From Laetmonice hystrix (lineage: Eukaryota), in contig OZ249436.1 of assembly GCA_965235115.1 (NCBI GenBank), positions 64,728,001 to 64,792,000 of the forward strand: a stretch of 64,000 nt of DNA, read 5' to 3'. The notes beneath the pieces were generated by a model. The model made no database searches, was not told where the DNA came from, and saw nothing but the letters and a program-made list of their open reading frames with translations. Both the position numbers and the translations under genes were made by a program. Positions 1-13,005 of the stretch are shown here, in pieces. The number at the start of each line of letters is the position of its first letter. The stretch's first letter is position 1.

Positions 1-1267
1 ATGATCAGCTGATTAGGGCCCAATCTGCGCATGCTCGTACTCGCTGGTTAGGGATTGTGGGAGGTAAAATTGACGTCCAACAATACACTTGCGCAATCGT
101 ATGCATACGCCGGCGAAAGGGCGTACCGAAGAGATAGAAATGCAGTGAACAGGTGTCTAGCAAAGTAGTTTGCATTTGAACTGATATAACTCAAATTAGA
201 TACATTTAAGAAAATAAAATGAAGTGATAAACAACCTATCATAATGTAAGTAGGCCTAATGTTTGACTATAATTATTTTGTGAGTAGTACTTTAGCTGTC
301 GCAGGTGTCCATCTTGATTCTGACACTCCCCGGCTATCCCACAATACACAACCTGAAGAGGTCGGTTTCAGCAAAAGTGACCTCTGGCGGAAGGGTGATT
401 TGGGGCGAGTGCGCCGCCCCTGACTGGCCACCAATAAGCCCTGCCCACCGGGCTCAGGTGAGCCGAGGACAGCATGTTCGGGTGGACCGGTGGATGGGGA
501 CCGGCCTTGGAATTGTAATCTCAGTGGCCGATCTAGGAGGGGGGAGTGGACCCACCCCCTCTTTCAAGCCGTAAACCATGGATCAGTCAATGAAGCAGAC
601 ATCTTGAGTTTTCAAGGAGCATCGCGTATCCCGCATTCTACCCCTTGAGCTCAGCCCAGGCTAAACGGCCAGAAACGGTACACGCGATATTCCAAAGTTT
701 AGCTCCCTTGATATCAGCATCGTCGCTTCGCATCCAAAATTACACCCAAACACCGGCCAGCTCGGCCCAGTGTCGCCGGCGCTGACTGTCGGTCTCGGCT
801 TCTGCCGTGCCCGTTTAAGGTTATAGGTCGGAATAGGGTTATAGTTATGGTGTGTGTTCTTGCAGCCCTGTCAACTCAAAGTTAAATGCCTACTGGTTGC
901 TGCTATCGTTGGCTTCGCCATATTGCTTCGACACCAATAACTTTACTTGGGACGTTCCTATTGCTGGCTAACCAGAAATGCACGGTAATTTTTATTAATC
1001 GCGCCTCAGGCAGTGCTGTAATCTGATTGGTGCTAAGACTGCTTCCGGCCTACTTGCGGGTACTGAAAGTAGGTGGAAAACAGATGGCGCTGCGAAGTAC
1101 GCGCTTCTGAGAATAAGCGGGCAGTCGTGAGGGGGAGGGGGGGGGGTCACTGGAAGCGGTTCAACCCCGAGCGTATGAGGATGTTTTGCCACGTTCTGTG
1201 GAGAGGTCAGTGGACAAGCCAAACCTGGAAAAAGTCGTCTAGAAAACTTGTTTACGGCATCGCATGT

Positions 1268-3703
1268 TAAGCCTAATAGCCGGCAACCACGTGGGAACTT
1301 TCCAGGGTGGGGAGGGAAAAAGGATGTCGGTGGATGCCACCGCCAAATTTGAAGGGGAGGGTCATTTTGAAAGTCTTCAAGGTCTCTACACAACTGTCGC
1401 ATTGGGGAAATGGAGGGAGTGACCTTTGCCCTAAAGGTTTGTTATTGTAAGAAGTGAAGTGTTGCTGCGTTATGCCTAACAAGTGTGCCACTGCCACGTT
1501 TCAAGGTGTTCTGGTCAGGCTGCCCTTGTATATGATGCTAAACAAGGCTACACGAGGGGACATTAGTGAGGGTAAGGGCATATTTTTAGTAACCCTATTA
1601 TCACTCAGGACATCATGACATGCCTTGTACAGATGGTAGGCTTCTTCAAGCAGTAGATCTACAGGGAGATAATTCACCCAATATCATTATTTTTTAAATG
1701 CAGGGGTTCTCAGGGGCAGATCGGTGGGTGGGGGGCTAGGGGGTTCCAGTCCCCTTCCTAAAAAGGGAAGCAGCACTTCACATCTAATGTAAAACAACGG
1801 CTCATTGATGAAAGTGTACAGTTCCATGATGCTCTCAGGAAGCATCACACAAAAACGTTCGCAGATATGTACAAGGCAGCTATTTCCACTCACCAGAGTG
1901 TGCAAAGGTCTATTAAGGCTGATAGAAAATTGATGCAGGGGTTACTGAATGCTGCCACTGCAGGTCGATCAGTGGAAATGGAATCTATACTCCAGCATGA
2001 GCTGTCTCCAGTTCCACTATCCTTGGCTAAACCTGGAGGTCTGATGAACTCAACTCCAAAGGCAGAACTTGTCAGTATTTTGATGTCTGGAATAAATGTA
2101 CCTACAGAAGTCTCAGAGGCTGACATGAAGACTTGTGTGCTAATTGATGGTCATGTACTTATCCAGACTCTTGGAAAACCTCATGGGTGCCAGACATTTG
2201 GTGATGATGCTCATGTCTTTATACGCAATGTCACACACCACTTTGGAGAACACATAACAAGAGTTGACGTGGTGTTTGACCTCTACACTGGTGTGGAGTC
2301 AATCAAGGCTGTGACGCCATCAAAACGAGTGAGTAAGAGAAAGCCAATTCGCAAGACCATTGATAGCCCAGTTGTTCCACTTCCTCAGGTCTGGAGCAGT
2401 TTCCTTGCCTTGGAAGAGAACAAGGCAGATCTTGCAGAAGGGTGTGGATCTTTCAGCTAGATGTGAACTGGTGACTGGAGGTGGATTCTCTTATAATGCT
2501 GAAGCCAGCTCAACCTGGGGGCAAACTATCAGACTTCAGAGAAAGCATGAAGAGGCTGACACGAGAAGGTTATGACCCGTCAAGTCCAGTGATACAGATG
2601 TACTGTTGCTTCTGTTACACTCCATGCCAGGCAAGGCAGCTGAAGTGTGGATGATCTCTGGAACAGCAAGGAAGAGGAAATGCTGTCCAATACATAAAGT
2701 ATCTGAAAGGCTTCCACCTATCAGGGAAAACCTGCTCAGTTTTCATGCTCTCACAGGATGTGACACAAACTCCGCCTTCAGTGGTCATGGCAAGAAGACA
2801 TGCTGGAAAATTTTCCAACATCAACTACAACTAGTTAGTGGAGTTGGTCCTGATGGAGAACTTGCACCAGTTTAACAGTTTGTGTGTCTTCTCTATGGTG
2901 CTAGAGTGTTTGATGCTGACCAAGCCAGACTCCAGCTCTTTAGTAAGGCCAAGAAGGGTCTTGAGATGTTGCCTCCAACTCGGGATGGACTGGAACTCCA
3001 CACCTTTCGAGCCAATCACCAGGCAAAGATTTTGCTGCAAGCAGATCGGGAACTCATTCAGATGTCATCTCCCACTGATACATCAGCCTGGACGAAGGGG
3101 CAAAGTGGCCTGGTTCCTGTGTGGGCAAGACCTATCCCAGATGCTTGCCTTCAGCTTGTGACCTGTGTATGCAGATCTAAATGTGGGACGACTCGATGCT
3201 CTTGTTTCAGGGAAGATCTCAAGTGTACTCCTGCCTGTGGCTGCGATGCAACAGGCTGTTGTAACCCAGGAGGACAATAGAAAATGCAGACGGTTTAGTT
3301 TAATCAGTTAATAAGGGATCACGCATGTCTTGAAAAGAAAACATTAGCATGGTTGCGAAAATCGCAATTTAAGGTGCATTTTTTTCTAATTTTAAGGGTC
3401 ATAAATTGTGTTAATCATGATTCCATGACTTGTGTGCATTGTGCCTGAATAAAAATAAATAACCCAAATGCCCAGAGTTGCCAAACATACCCTGGTCTTT
3501 TTGAAGGAGGAAAAATATACCCCTTTGCGCCACCTTTGTTGTTTGACCTTAAAAATGACCTTTAAAGTCCCAATTCAGGGTGGCATCCACCCCCACTTTT
3601 TCCTTCACTCTATAATTGATTGATCTGGCATGGATGCATGCTATTAACAACCAATGCCCTCAAAGTGACAAAAAAATCAACTTTGGCTGGCCCGCTAGGC
3701 CTA
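1268..3703 (+). mobile_element. Internally deleted, decayed AcademX-type DNA transposon
   Basis: Contains the XPG-like + Cys8 coding remnant. Diverged inverted ends: GGTGGATGCCACC (1329-1341) vs GGTGGCATCCACC (3579-3591), and GGTCATTTT (1360-1368) vs AAAATGACC (3552-3560), at identical spacing. Termini TAAGCCTA.. / ..TAGGCCTA. No clear TSD, so the exact ends are approximate. Confidence 0.65.
1777..3280 (+). pseudogene. Academ transposase C-terminal region: XPG/PIN-like nuclease, H3TH-like motif and Cys8 (CXC-like) zinc finger; broken by stops and frameshifts
   Basis: ORF pieces 1867-2460, 2360-2575, 2606-2875 and 2882-3280 carry the motifs CVLIDGHVLIQ, RVDVVFDLY, KHEEADTR, FHALTGCDTNSAFSGHGKKTCWK, LPPTRDGLELHTFRANHQ and CVCRSKCGTTRCSCFREDLKCTPACGC. 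This XPG + Cys8 architecture is the one described for AcademX. Confidence 0.8.
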
Positions 3704-4899
3704 TATAAAAAAATTGGAGACCTCAATACAATCATTTTTGATCAGAGATATTTCTATAATCTACCAACTTGTCACATCATATTAGCCAACTTGGTCTATT
3801 AAGTGGCCTGCATGGCCCCAGTTCCTCAACGCTTAAATTCTTGTTTAGGCACTCGGAACGCCGACGCTGCTTCTGATTGGCTGTTTCTAGGTCATATCCA
3901 GAGGCGAACCAGGCAAAGTCTTGAATTTATTATACCTTTGCACGAAATAACGAGCGCTGATTGGCTGAGCTACTAGTGTAATAAAAATATCTGTATTACC
4001 CCTGTCTAATTTCTCAACATGCCTATCCTTCTCGAATTGTCTACGGTAGAGGCAAACCAGTCTCTTCTTCACCTGCGAGCAAACCAGATATTCTAACTCT
4101 GCAAAGTCCGATACAGGCTTATAGTGAGCTCCAGCAAAGAGAAATGTTAACCACCATTAATTCGCATGGTATTGTGGAGATCCCGGTCCCCCTAAGTCCA
4201 CCCCCTACTTGTCCTGTATGATCCATTTTCATCCCTTAGGCTCCCAACCATAATGTAGGTACGAGATTCTAAAAGTGCTTTTTGACAAACACGTACATGA
4301 GCCAGACAGAACATTTGAATGTTTAATGATTACTGAAAATAGGAATCGCTTAATTTGCATGGAGACCTCGATAACAGTTAACTGGCTCTTCAAACTGTCG
4401 GGTTCTGTGGCCTGTCTGAAAATTGCTTTCAGCGAACTCCAACCTTTCCCCAACACTACTTTCAAATATGAAAGTATCAGAAAGAGCTATACTACTTTAT
4501 GTTATCTCCAAATTGGTTTGGGTTTGGTATTTTTTCTATAATGTTTTCATTTCTTCCCACCACCTTTCTCCCTGCTTCTAATGGCGTGTTGTAGCCTACC
4601 AGGGGTTACTGTAGATAAGTAATTTTGGTACCGCGCAAATTTCGTGTATTTTCATTCAGAGGTTCTTGACTTCCCGTAGTCAGAATTCTATATTAGGTTT
4701 CTGAAATATCCGTGTTATGTTTGCGACCGGGCTGCTTGGTTAACATACTCATGACACCAACGATAGAACAACCAGTCAAGGACAAATATCCCTTTCTCTG
4801 AAAAAGGTTCATGTTGTTCCGCAGAGGAACGAAAATTGGTGACAAAAAAGGTTTGACAAATTCAAGACCAGGGCCAAGGTCAGTCAGATAATGACGGTC

Positions 4900-4990
4900 A
4901 CTAGGTAACCCCGTGTGTATCAGTGCCACGGTTCGAGGTTATATGACTAGGTAACCCCGTGTAATCACTGCTACGGTTCGAGGTTATATG
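4900..4990. repeat. 46-bp direct duplication (2 copies)
   Basis: ACTAGGTAACCCCGTG...ACGGTTCGAGGTTATATG occurs twice with period 46. Confidence 0.8.
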
Positions 4991-7900
4991 GACAGTCGGA
5001 GATAGGAAACCAAAACGAGAAATATTCCACCGTTCCCTGCAAGACAGCGAGTTCATCGCCTATCAAACCAGCAGAATTAATTGGAATTACGCAGGCCAAG
5101 ATTGTGACACGCCAAATACTTTTTATGAAATACATTTTTATGATATAGGATGTCCTAGGCAGCGTCTTGTACGATCACAGTCCGCCGCTGTGCAAGCGTG
5201 TCGGGAAATTAGATGTTTATTTTGAAAATAACTGCGAATGGGGAAAGTGTTACTGCTACCATCATGTAGGAACCATTAAATCTGTAAAATTGATATGATT
5301 TATCCCTGGGACTTTTCATTAATTTGAAGAGGGTCAACATTGGGAACTCGAATTATAACTCGAAGCTTCTGAGGTCCTGTGATACAGATCGATACAATGT
5401 ATATATCATTAACACTATTAAGGACCATCCGGAAAGTAGTAATTTCTTCCCATTTTTTATCGAAATAACTTAATGAAAAATATATTTCATTTCCTTTTGG
5501 AGTGCGACACAACTTCAAGTGTCATGTGTGACACTGTTATAAAACCTTGTTCAGCCAGTGAAAAAAAAGACTGTGCGCAACAAAACCGGGAATTCTTAGA
5601 CCTACTGACACTATAGTCCACACAGGTGAAATAATAAATAACATAAGGCGGACATCTGAATGTATAAACTGAAAGCAACCCCACATACTTATACCAACAA
5701 TTCGTATATCAAACCAAAGTCAAGGAAGACGTTTTCTGTTCGACGGCAGTATGAAGTATCTAGGCATTAATGGGCCCCATTGAAGTAATATCCCTATTAT
5801 ACTGGCAGTTAGCTCATCATTGGCAGCGGACCTGTGACAAAATGAACGGTACCTACACGTGCCCGATCATGTTTTACCATGACGTTTCACGGACTTCGTA
5901 TCGTGTCCTTGTCACACACTACATACCTAATTGTGTGCCACTAACCGCACCCCCCTCCCACACACACACCTTCTCCTCACAAAGTGGTCGGTCACCTCTG
6001 ATAACGTCTTAGCGGTTCATTATCTTTGTGATAATCTATTTATCTGCTCGCATTGTTCGTCCACACCGTAACACGTGCCGCATGGGCTTGTCCTTCAGGG
6101 GCCCGTTATGCTGGAATTATCTTAATTGGCCGTGATAAATACTCCATAAAAAGCCGAATATTTCTAGGGGGACCCCCCCCCCACACACACACACACACAT
6201 AATTGGGCAATTTCAATGATCCAGAGGTGCCGTTTTCTCCCATACCGAGAGCATAATAATTTATTTTTTCATAGACACTTTTGCTACGTGTGCGGCTACC
6301 ATTCCCTCTGAGGGATACGAGATATATTTGTCAGTAATCTGGTTGTCGAAGAGACAATCAAATGGTTCCCTTACAGAACCCTAACTGAATCAGCGAATTA
6401 AGGTCGGTATCAGCATATAGCTCAGACCGCCCGCTTATAAGAGTCAGATAGAAGTGAAGTCTTTGAGGGGGTGGGAGAGTTGGGGTTGGGGGGGGGCTGG
6501 GGGGAGGGGGAGGGGTTGGGGGGAGGGGGGAGGGGTTGGGGGGAGTTGGTTTGCTACGAGTTCCTCTCACGCTCTTGGTATACACAGGTGCATTGGCACA
6601 GCTTAGTTGGTACATACCTGGTCAGCAGGCAAAATGTGCTCAGTTTAATTCCATTTATGACTTATTTCCAACGATAGTTTATATATATCAAACACTTGAA
6701 CTCAACATGTATGTTTTGATGGTACAATATACGTGTTAAGGTTAAAGTTATGTCACCCGTCAGTCTCCCCGTACCCGTTCGGACCTTCGAAACCTCGCTA
6801 ATACGGCTGAGGATATTCATAACTGAATCCTCACCATTTTTCGAATAGAGTGGAGATTTCTGTTTCTCACTACATCTCTCATCATTAGCCTTCATCCCTC
6901 CCAACTCGCAGATTCATGACTGATCAAGTTTTAATCGTTTTATTGTCCCCCTGTAAATGGCAGAAATCTGACAGGACGTGAAACTATCAATTCACTCAGT
7001 GCACTCCCCCACTCCGTGGTCACAGTGGTATGTCAAATCTACCACAGTCCAACGGTCCCTGTGTTACAGGATACATGTATATAGCTCGGGATGGCGGGCG
7101 GGGGGTGTGTGTGTGTGCTGAATCACACATACAGAATCACGTGAAAATCCATGGGTTTCAGAAAGGTCAGTTGTTCAGTGTATCTGTACCACTCATGTTA
7201 ATAGACGATTGTAGAGAGATTGAATATCATGATTGGTCTTTCTCAAATATTTGGGGTATTTCAGGCAAACAACTATTCGAGAGGATAAAAACTGAAGAAC
7301 CTGATATACTTCTTTAGTTATCTGTCCTGCTGAACGTACAATCTCTATATTATATCAATAATTATCAATAAATAAACATATTCTTCTACAAATTGCAAAT
7401 TGTCAAATCACCCAATCTATATTTCGAACTCCTTTACTCCCAAATTTCAATTTCAAGATTTCACATTGTTCGTGAAAGATGTATGTCAAAGTTTCATGAT
7501 AAATGCCGATTCCGAGACACTTATGGTGTACAAATTCATTGAATCATAAATCTGATAACGTCTAGATTTACCCACGCCCCCCCCCCCCCGCACACACACA
7601 CACACACCAGGCACCTGTGATAGCATGTCGATGGCATGTCGCGGGAATTGAATCACAAGTCATGAGGCGGACCCACAGTTCATGTACTGGTATCAACCGT
7701 CACACAATATTAATAGATCTCCTCCTCACGGCTAATTATTATACTGTTCATAAATCTTCCTCTCCAGCCGCAAATTCAACAGAAACAAATAATAAAACCT
7801 TTGCTCAAATAGAGATAACACAATTTGTGACCAGTCTGACAAGGTGACCTGCTTTACCGAACATTGTGACTCCACCTCTTCCCGTTTTCCTCTCTACCGC

Positions 7901-8475
7901 TTTGTGTTATGGCCGCTTCCTGTATGATACTATATTAATGCTTTACATTCAAGCACATGTCCCAAAAAATAAAACAAAACACTAAACTATGTAACTACGG
8001 ACTTTGATACCATTCTAAGCATGCTTAGCTCACTAGCCTTTTGCTAATGACTGATGGAAGAGTAAAACAACATTTTTCTTCTCTAAAACGCATGAAGGAC
8101 CGTCCAAATAACGAACGTGTTACAAGGATCCACCTGTTTTTTTTTCTCGTCGTCTCACTTATTATGCTATGTATGGACTGGAATTTTATCTTGCTCTGGC
8201 TGATGTAGGTAAATATTACAGTATCTGGTCAATAAACGAACTAACTATCTACTTCATCAAACAACCTGCAATATGTGACCTCTCAATAAACATTTAATAT
8301 ATTAGAAAATCTCTATTTGCACGGATGCTAAAAAATAGGGTGATATTCTCCTTTGGAGAACATGGCAACATGCAGAATCTAGCAAGTTCTGATTATCCTA
8401 TCCTATAAAGAGATACAACCATGGATGGCCATGCATGCGGTCTTAATGGATCTAAACTTAAAGTTGGAAGCTTAC

Positions 8476-9678
8476 CTATGGAACGGCTGTTTTTTGCTCA
8501 GCTTCCAAAAGAAACTCCATACAGTAGTGTTGCTTCCTCTGTCAGTCGAGTGAGAGCCGGGGAAATGCCTGAAAGATGTGAGAGGTGTGTTATAAGCTGA
8601 ACTCGTGCTCGTTATGTGTCCTCAAGCGTGCAGTAGAAAGCAGAGCGTTGGGATTGTCTGTGGATCCGTTGTGGTTGCTCCCGCCTATAGAGAACTACGA
8701 CAGCACCCGGTGTGGACCGCGCAACCGCACTGCATTGGTTGATGCCTCCCCACCACTGCTCCCGACTCAATAATATGCACCTCACTGCCGTCATGCAGAA
8801 GACCCCTTCACGATAAGGTCTTTTCCAAGATAAATCACAATTAAAGAACTCTTTAAGTTGACAACTCGAACTTCGGTATCTTACCTTCCATGTAGACTCT
8901 AGCTATATTATTCATTCAACATTATGGTCATACCTTACGACGTACTTTCCCCTTTTCCTTGAAATTTTCAGACGTAATGAGGAAGATAAAGTTCCAATGC
9001 TAGTTCCACTGAGCTAAATCCTAATCGATACGCTTACGTTAGTTGCATACTCGTTGATCTTTCCTTCAATCGATCAAGTCCAACTCGACCTGACTCAGAA
9101 TGATTTATTGATCTCACAGGTCTGTACCTGTACAAAGACTTCCGGGACAAAAGTGTGTCGATTCTAATTACTGTCACAATTTACGTTTTGGTTTACTTTC
9201 ATACCTTGTCAAAGTCTGAAACGAATTAAACACTACTATCCATATACTGTAATTGCGTATGACATGCATGCGTAATCGTATGCATTTTACAAAGGGGGGG
9301 GGGCAACGAACCAACCACGATTGAACAACCACGATTGACACTTTATCCTTCTGAAAAACTTATGTTAATACAAAATGAGGCAAGGCTGGAATCTCTCAGG
9401 TTTTGGGCGTGGCTGACTCATACCAGAGGAAGTGATGATACCTTGAGCTGAGAGCGCGACTTCAGAAGAGTCTCCCCGAACGAGTCAATATTATTCTTGC
9501 GTGAAGCACTCTTATGAATATCTCCCCTGACATGCAGGGTCGGTCCGGAACTGCACACTCTAGAGGCAGGAACCTGGCCAAGTGCTGAGATCAGTCCATC
9601 GGAATCCTGGGAGGCCTCCTGGCGTCGAGGCCGGATCGCCGACTCTGGCTCCGAACACGTCTCTGCACGGGATATTGT
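8476..9678 (-). CDS. Candidate cluster of coding exons of an unidentified host gene (9424/9442-9678, 9205-9215, 9038-9127, 8934-9008, 8476-8568)
   Basis: Each segment is bounded by canonical AG/GT sites (TTTACATAG, TTCGTTTCAG, TCTTTGTACAG, CTTTCAG acceptors; GTATGA and GTAAGC donors). Phases chain 0-0-2-2-2 into one stop-free frame. No recognisable domain. Confidence 0.3.
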
Positions 9679-9930
9679 CTATGTAAATCTGCCCACAGAA
9701 TATTTTGGAGCTGCTACATGTCATTAGCTGGCGGTAGCTTAGGCGGTGTCATGCTATCTATGTATGTCGCCGTGGTTGTTGGTACAGCGATACTTCTCTG
9801 AATACGATACTAATAGAGGAGAAAAAAGTGCAAATCTCTCTCTCTCTCTCTCTCTCCCCCCCCCCATACAAGTATGTTGGAAAACTTTTTCTCTCTCTCG
9901 CTTTCCTGCCATCTACCGGCCTATATTTTA

Positions 9931-10010
9931 CCGAACCGTCCCCCGGATCATTGCCCAGCAGACGACATTCTGCCGAACCGTCCCCCGGAGTATTGCCCAG
10001 CAGACAACAG
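9931..10010. repeat. 42-bp direct duplication (2 copies)
   Basis: CCGAACCGTCCCCCGGA..ATTGCCCAGCAGAC at 9931 and 9973. Confidence 0.8.
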
Positions 10011-11339
10011 TACGGACACTTCCTCCGTTCCCATAGCCTGTGAGTGGCTGGGGCAACACGTTCACCGCCCAGCTGGCTAACACAGTGCAGACTGTCCATC
10101 TCTTATTTACTTGGAGCACAAAGGAATCGATTGGCAAACCTTAATTATGGAAAGGTTTGTTAACCTGGCATGCAGTGTCTTGGTAGCGGAATGTATATTT
10201 CACACTCATGCCTGTTTCCAACTTTTTTCATACCATCCAGTTCGCAGGTTATTCTTCTGGAGCAATTAAAGGCCTTTTGTATGGCCCAGGTTGTTTGCCA
10301 AGCCACATCCCAACGAGAGCATGGCATGCTATATATAAAACAGAATCTGAAAGGCGCGGCGGCTGTATGTGCACAACATGCAATCTCGCCTAGGTTTCTC
10401 CTTCGAGAGATTCCAACATGTTCAGATGAAACTCCTCTTATAGGTTAAACATTTTGAGCACACGTTATTGCTACTAAAAGTTGCATAATGCTATGATAAA
10501 AGCCACATTATTAAAGGATAATGCGCACCTGGCTCCGTCATGCTATATTCACTATAATGAACGTCCTTGTCAACCTTGATCTATGTCAGCCACGAAGCAT
10601 GGCCCACTTGCAATTGTTTTAAAGGTGCCATTCGTCTCGCACAGAATGGCATTTCTCCTATCATACATTGTGCACATAGTACTAGAAAAAATTCCTACCG
10701 ATACCATTGGCCTGATAAACCTTCTATTAGTTTGTGTGCAGCATTTGAAACCTATCTCGGTGCGCACCGAGATAGAGCCATTTCCTATGGTGGGGCGTGT
10801 CAGGGTCTCCACAGGCCTTCTGAGAGAGCCCCATTTGTGCCGTTATCCATGAAAAAATTTGATTTCCTTTGTTGTGAATCTATTTCCATAATAGGTGGGA
10901 TCACATAAACGTCAACAAAATTAAAAATAAAAAAATTGAATTTTTGTTCACGAATAGCACCTTTAAGATATCGGACGTCACAGAACTCTACCATTATGAA
11001 TCTCGAGTCCGACAAGGTGATGTGAATTCGGTCATTCCCGTTAGCAGTCATGGCAAGGAATCAGTAACAGGAATGTCATTTCGTTTTGAAGTGAAGATTC
11101 TTTTTTTCTTTCTGGGGAGACGGGACACTCCGTCGGTATAATTATGCCACTGTAGCTCTACGTCTGTAAGTAGATTTTCGTATGCCTTTTTGACGATCTG
11201 AGAGCGGCCATTCTCACCTCACGTCTTAAAACCATTAGGAAGGGGTACACAAATGACTTACTATGTCGTACGTTCGTACAATTGATATAAAAGTTGTATA
11301 CAGTGTGTCCTGAAAAAAGGAAACCAGGGTTTGGGGACT

Positions 11340-12650
11340 CCGCAGGGTGTTGGTAAGGGGGAGACCTCCTCACCGCAGGGTGTTGGTAAGGAACAGACCT
11401 CTCACCGCAGGGTGTTGGTAAGGGAGAGACCTCCTCACCGCAGGGTGTTGGTAATCGAGAGACCTCTCACCGCAGGGTGTTGGTAAGGGGGAGACCTCCT
11501 CACCGCAGGGTGTTGGTAAGGGAGAGACCTCCTCACCGCAGGGTGTTGGTAATCGAGAGACCTCCTCACCGCAGGGTGTTGGTAAGGGGGAGACCTCCTC
11601 ACCGCAGGGTGTTGGTAAGGAACAGACCTCTCACCGCAGGGTGTTGGTAAGGGGGAGACCTCCTCACCGCAGGGTGTTGGTAAGGAACAGACCTCTCACC
11701 GCAGGGTGTTGGTAAGGGGGAGACCTCTCACCGCAGGGTGTTGGTAAGGAACAGACCTCTCACCGCGGGGTGTTGGTAAGGGGGAGACCTCCTCACCGCA
11801 GGGTGTTGGTAAGGGAGAGACCTCCTCACCGCAGGGTGTTGGTAAGGGGGATACCTCCTCACCGCAGGGTGTTGGTAAGGGAGAGACCTCCTCGCCGCAG
11901 GGTGTTGGTAAGGGGGAGACCTCCTGACCGCAGGGTGTTGGTAATGGAGAGACCTCCTCACCGCAGGGTGTTGGTAAGAGAGAGACCTCCTCACCGCAGG
12001 GTGTTGGTAAGAGAGAGACCTCTCACCGCAGGGTGTTGGTAAGGGGGAGACCTCTCACCGCAGGGTGTTGGTAAGGGAGAGACCTCTCACCGCAGGGTGT
12101 TGGTAAGGGGGAGACCTCTCACCGCAGGGTGTTGGTAAGGGGGAGACCTCTCACCGCAGGGTGTTGGTAAGGGAGAGACCTCTCACCGCAGGGTGTTGGT
12201 AAGGGAGAGACCTCTCACCGCAGGGTGTTACTAAGGGAGAGACTTCCTCACCGCAGGGTGTTGGTAAGGGAGAGACCTCGCACCGCAGGGTGTTGGTAAG
12301 GGGGAGACCTCCTGACCGCAGGGTGTTGGTAAGGGGGAGACCTCCTCACCGCAGGGTGTTGGTAAGGGGGAGACCTCCTGACCGCAGGGTGTTGGTAAGG
12401 GGGAGACCTCCTGACCGCAGGGTGTTGGTAAGGGGGAGACCTCCTCACCGCAGGGTGTTGGTAAGGGGGAGACCTCTCACCGCAGGGTGTTGGTAAGGGA
12501 GAGACCTCTCACCGCAGGGTGTTGGTAAGGGGGAGACCTCTCACCGCAGGTGTTGGTAAGGGGGAGACCTCCTCACCGCAGGGTGTTGGTAAGGGGGAGA
12601 CCTCCTCACCGCAGGGTGTTGGTAGGGGAGAGACCTCCTGACCGCAGGGT
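11340..12650. repeat. 32/33-bp minisatellite, about 40 copies (CCGCAGGGTGTTGGTAAGGGGGAGACCTCCTCA)
   Basis: Direct tandem repeat with no unique spacers. Variants cluster after GGTAA, and CCT/CT length polymorphism is present. Overlapping ORFs are repeat artefacts. Confidence 0.97.
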
Positions 12651-12654
12651 CTTT

Positions 12655-12843
12655 TTATTTCATGTGATTTTATTTCTATGGGATTATTTGAAAAGCCAAG
12701 TGTGTCTCCACTTCAAAACATTGATGATCTGCGCGAAATAACTGTTGCAAAAGTTGAGGCACTACGGCACATGATCCAAAACAATGATGGCAATGTGGTC
12801 CAAAGCAGAAGCTTGTGTGGCCATAAATGGTGGCCACGTGGAA
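12655..12843 (+). pseudogene. Mariner-type transposase C-terminal fragment (frameshifted)
   Basis: Translates across frames to ..LWDYLKSQV..PLQNIDDLRE..CVAINGGHVE. This matches the DFFLWGYLKxxV ... CxxxxGxHxE tail typical of Tc1/mariner DDxD transposases. Confidence 0.75.
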
Positions 12844-13005
12844 AGGCATTGGGGTTAATTTTCGACGTGCATCAAAAAGTATGTGACGCAACCAAGCAAC
12901 TGTCATGAGTTTTCAAATAAAGTTCATACTTCCGGGAAATATTTATTAGTCACTTAGCAATTAACCCCAAACACCCGGATTCCTTTTTATTCAGAACACA
13001 CTATA

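Larger units (their letters stand above)
11301..13003 (+). mobile_element. Tc1/mariner-superfamily element relic whose interior is largely occupied by a minisatellite
   Basis: Left end TA|CAGTGTGTCCTGAAAAAAGGAAACCAGGGTTTGGGG matches the reverse complement of right end CCCCAAACACCCGGATTCCTTTTTATTCAGAACACACTA|TA. A transposase C-terminal remnant lies inside. Confidence 0.75.

Noticed and set aside
11728-12741. ORFs of the RRSPPYQHPAV / RGRPPHRRVLV type
   Set aside because: They are artefacts of the 33-bp minisatellite.
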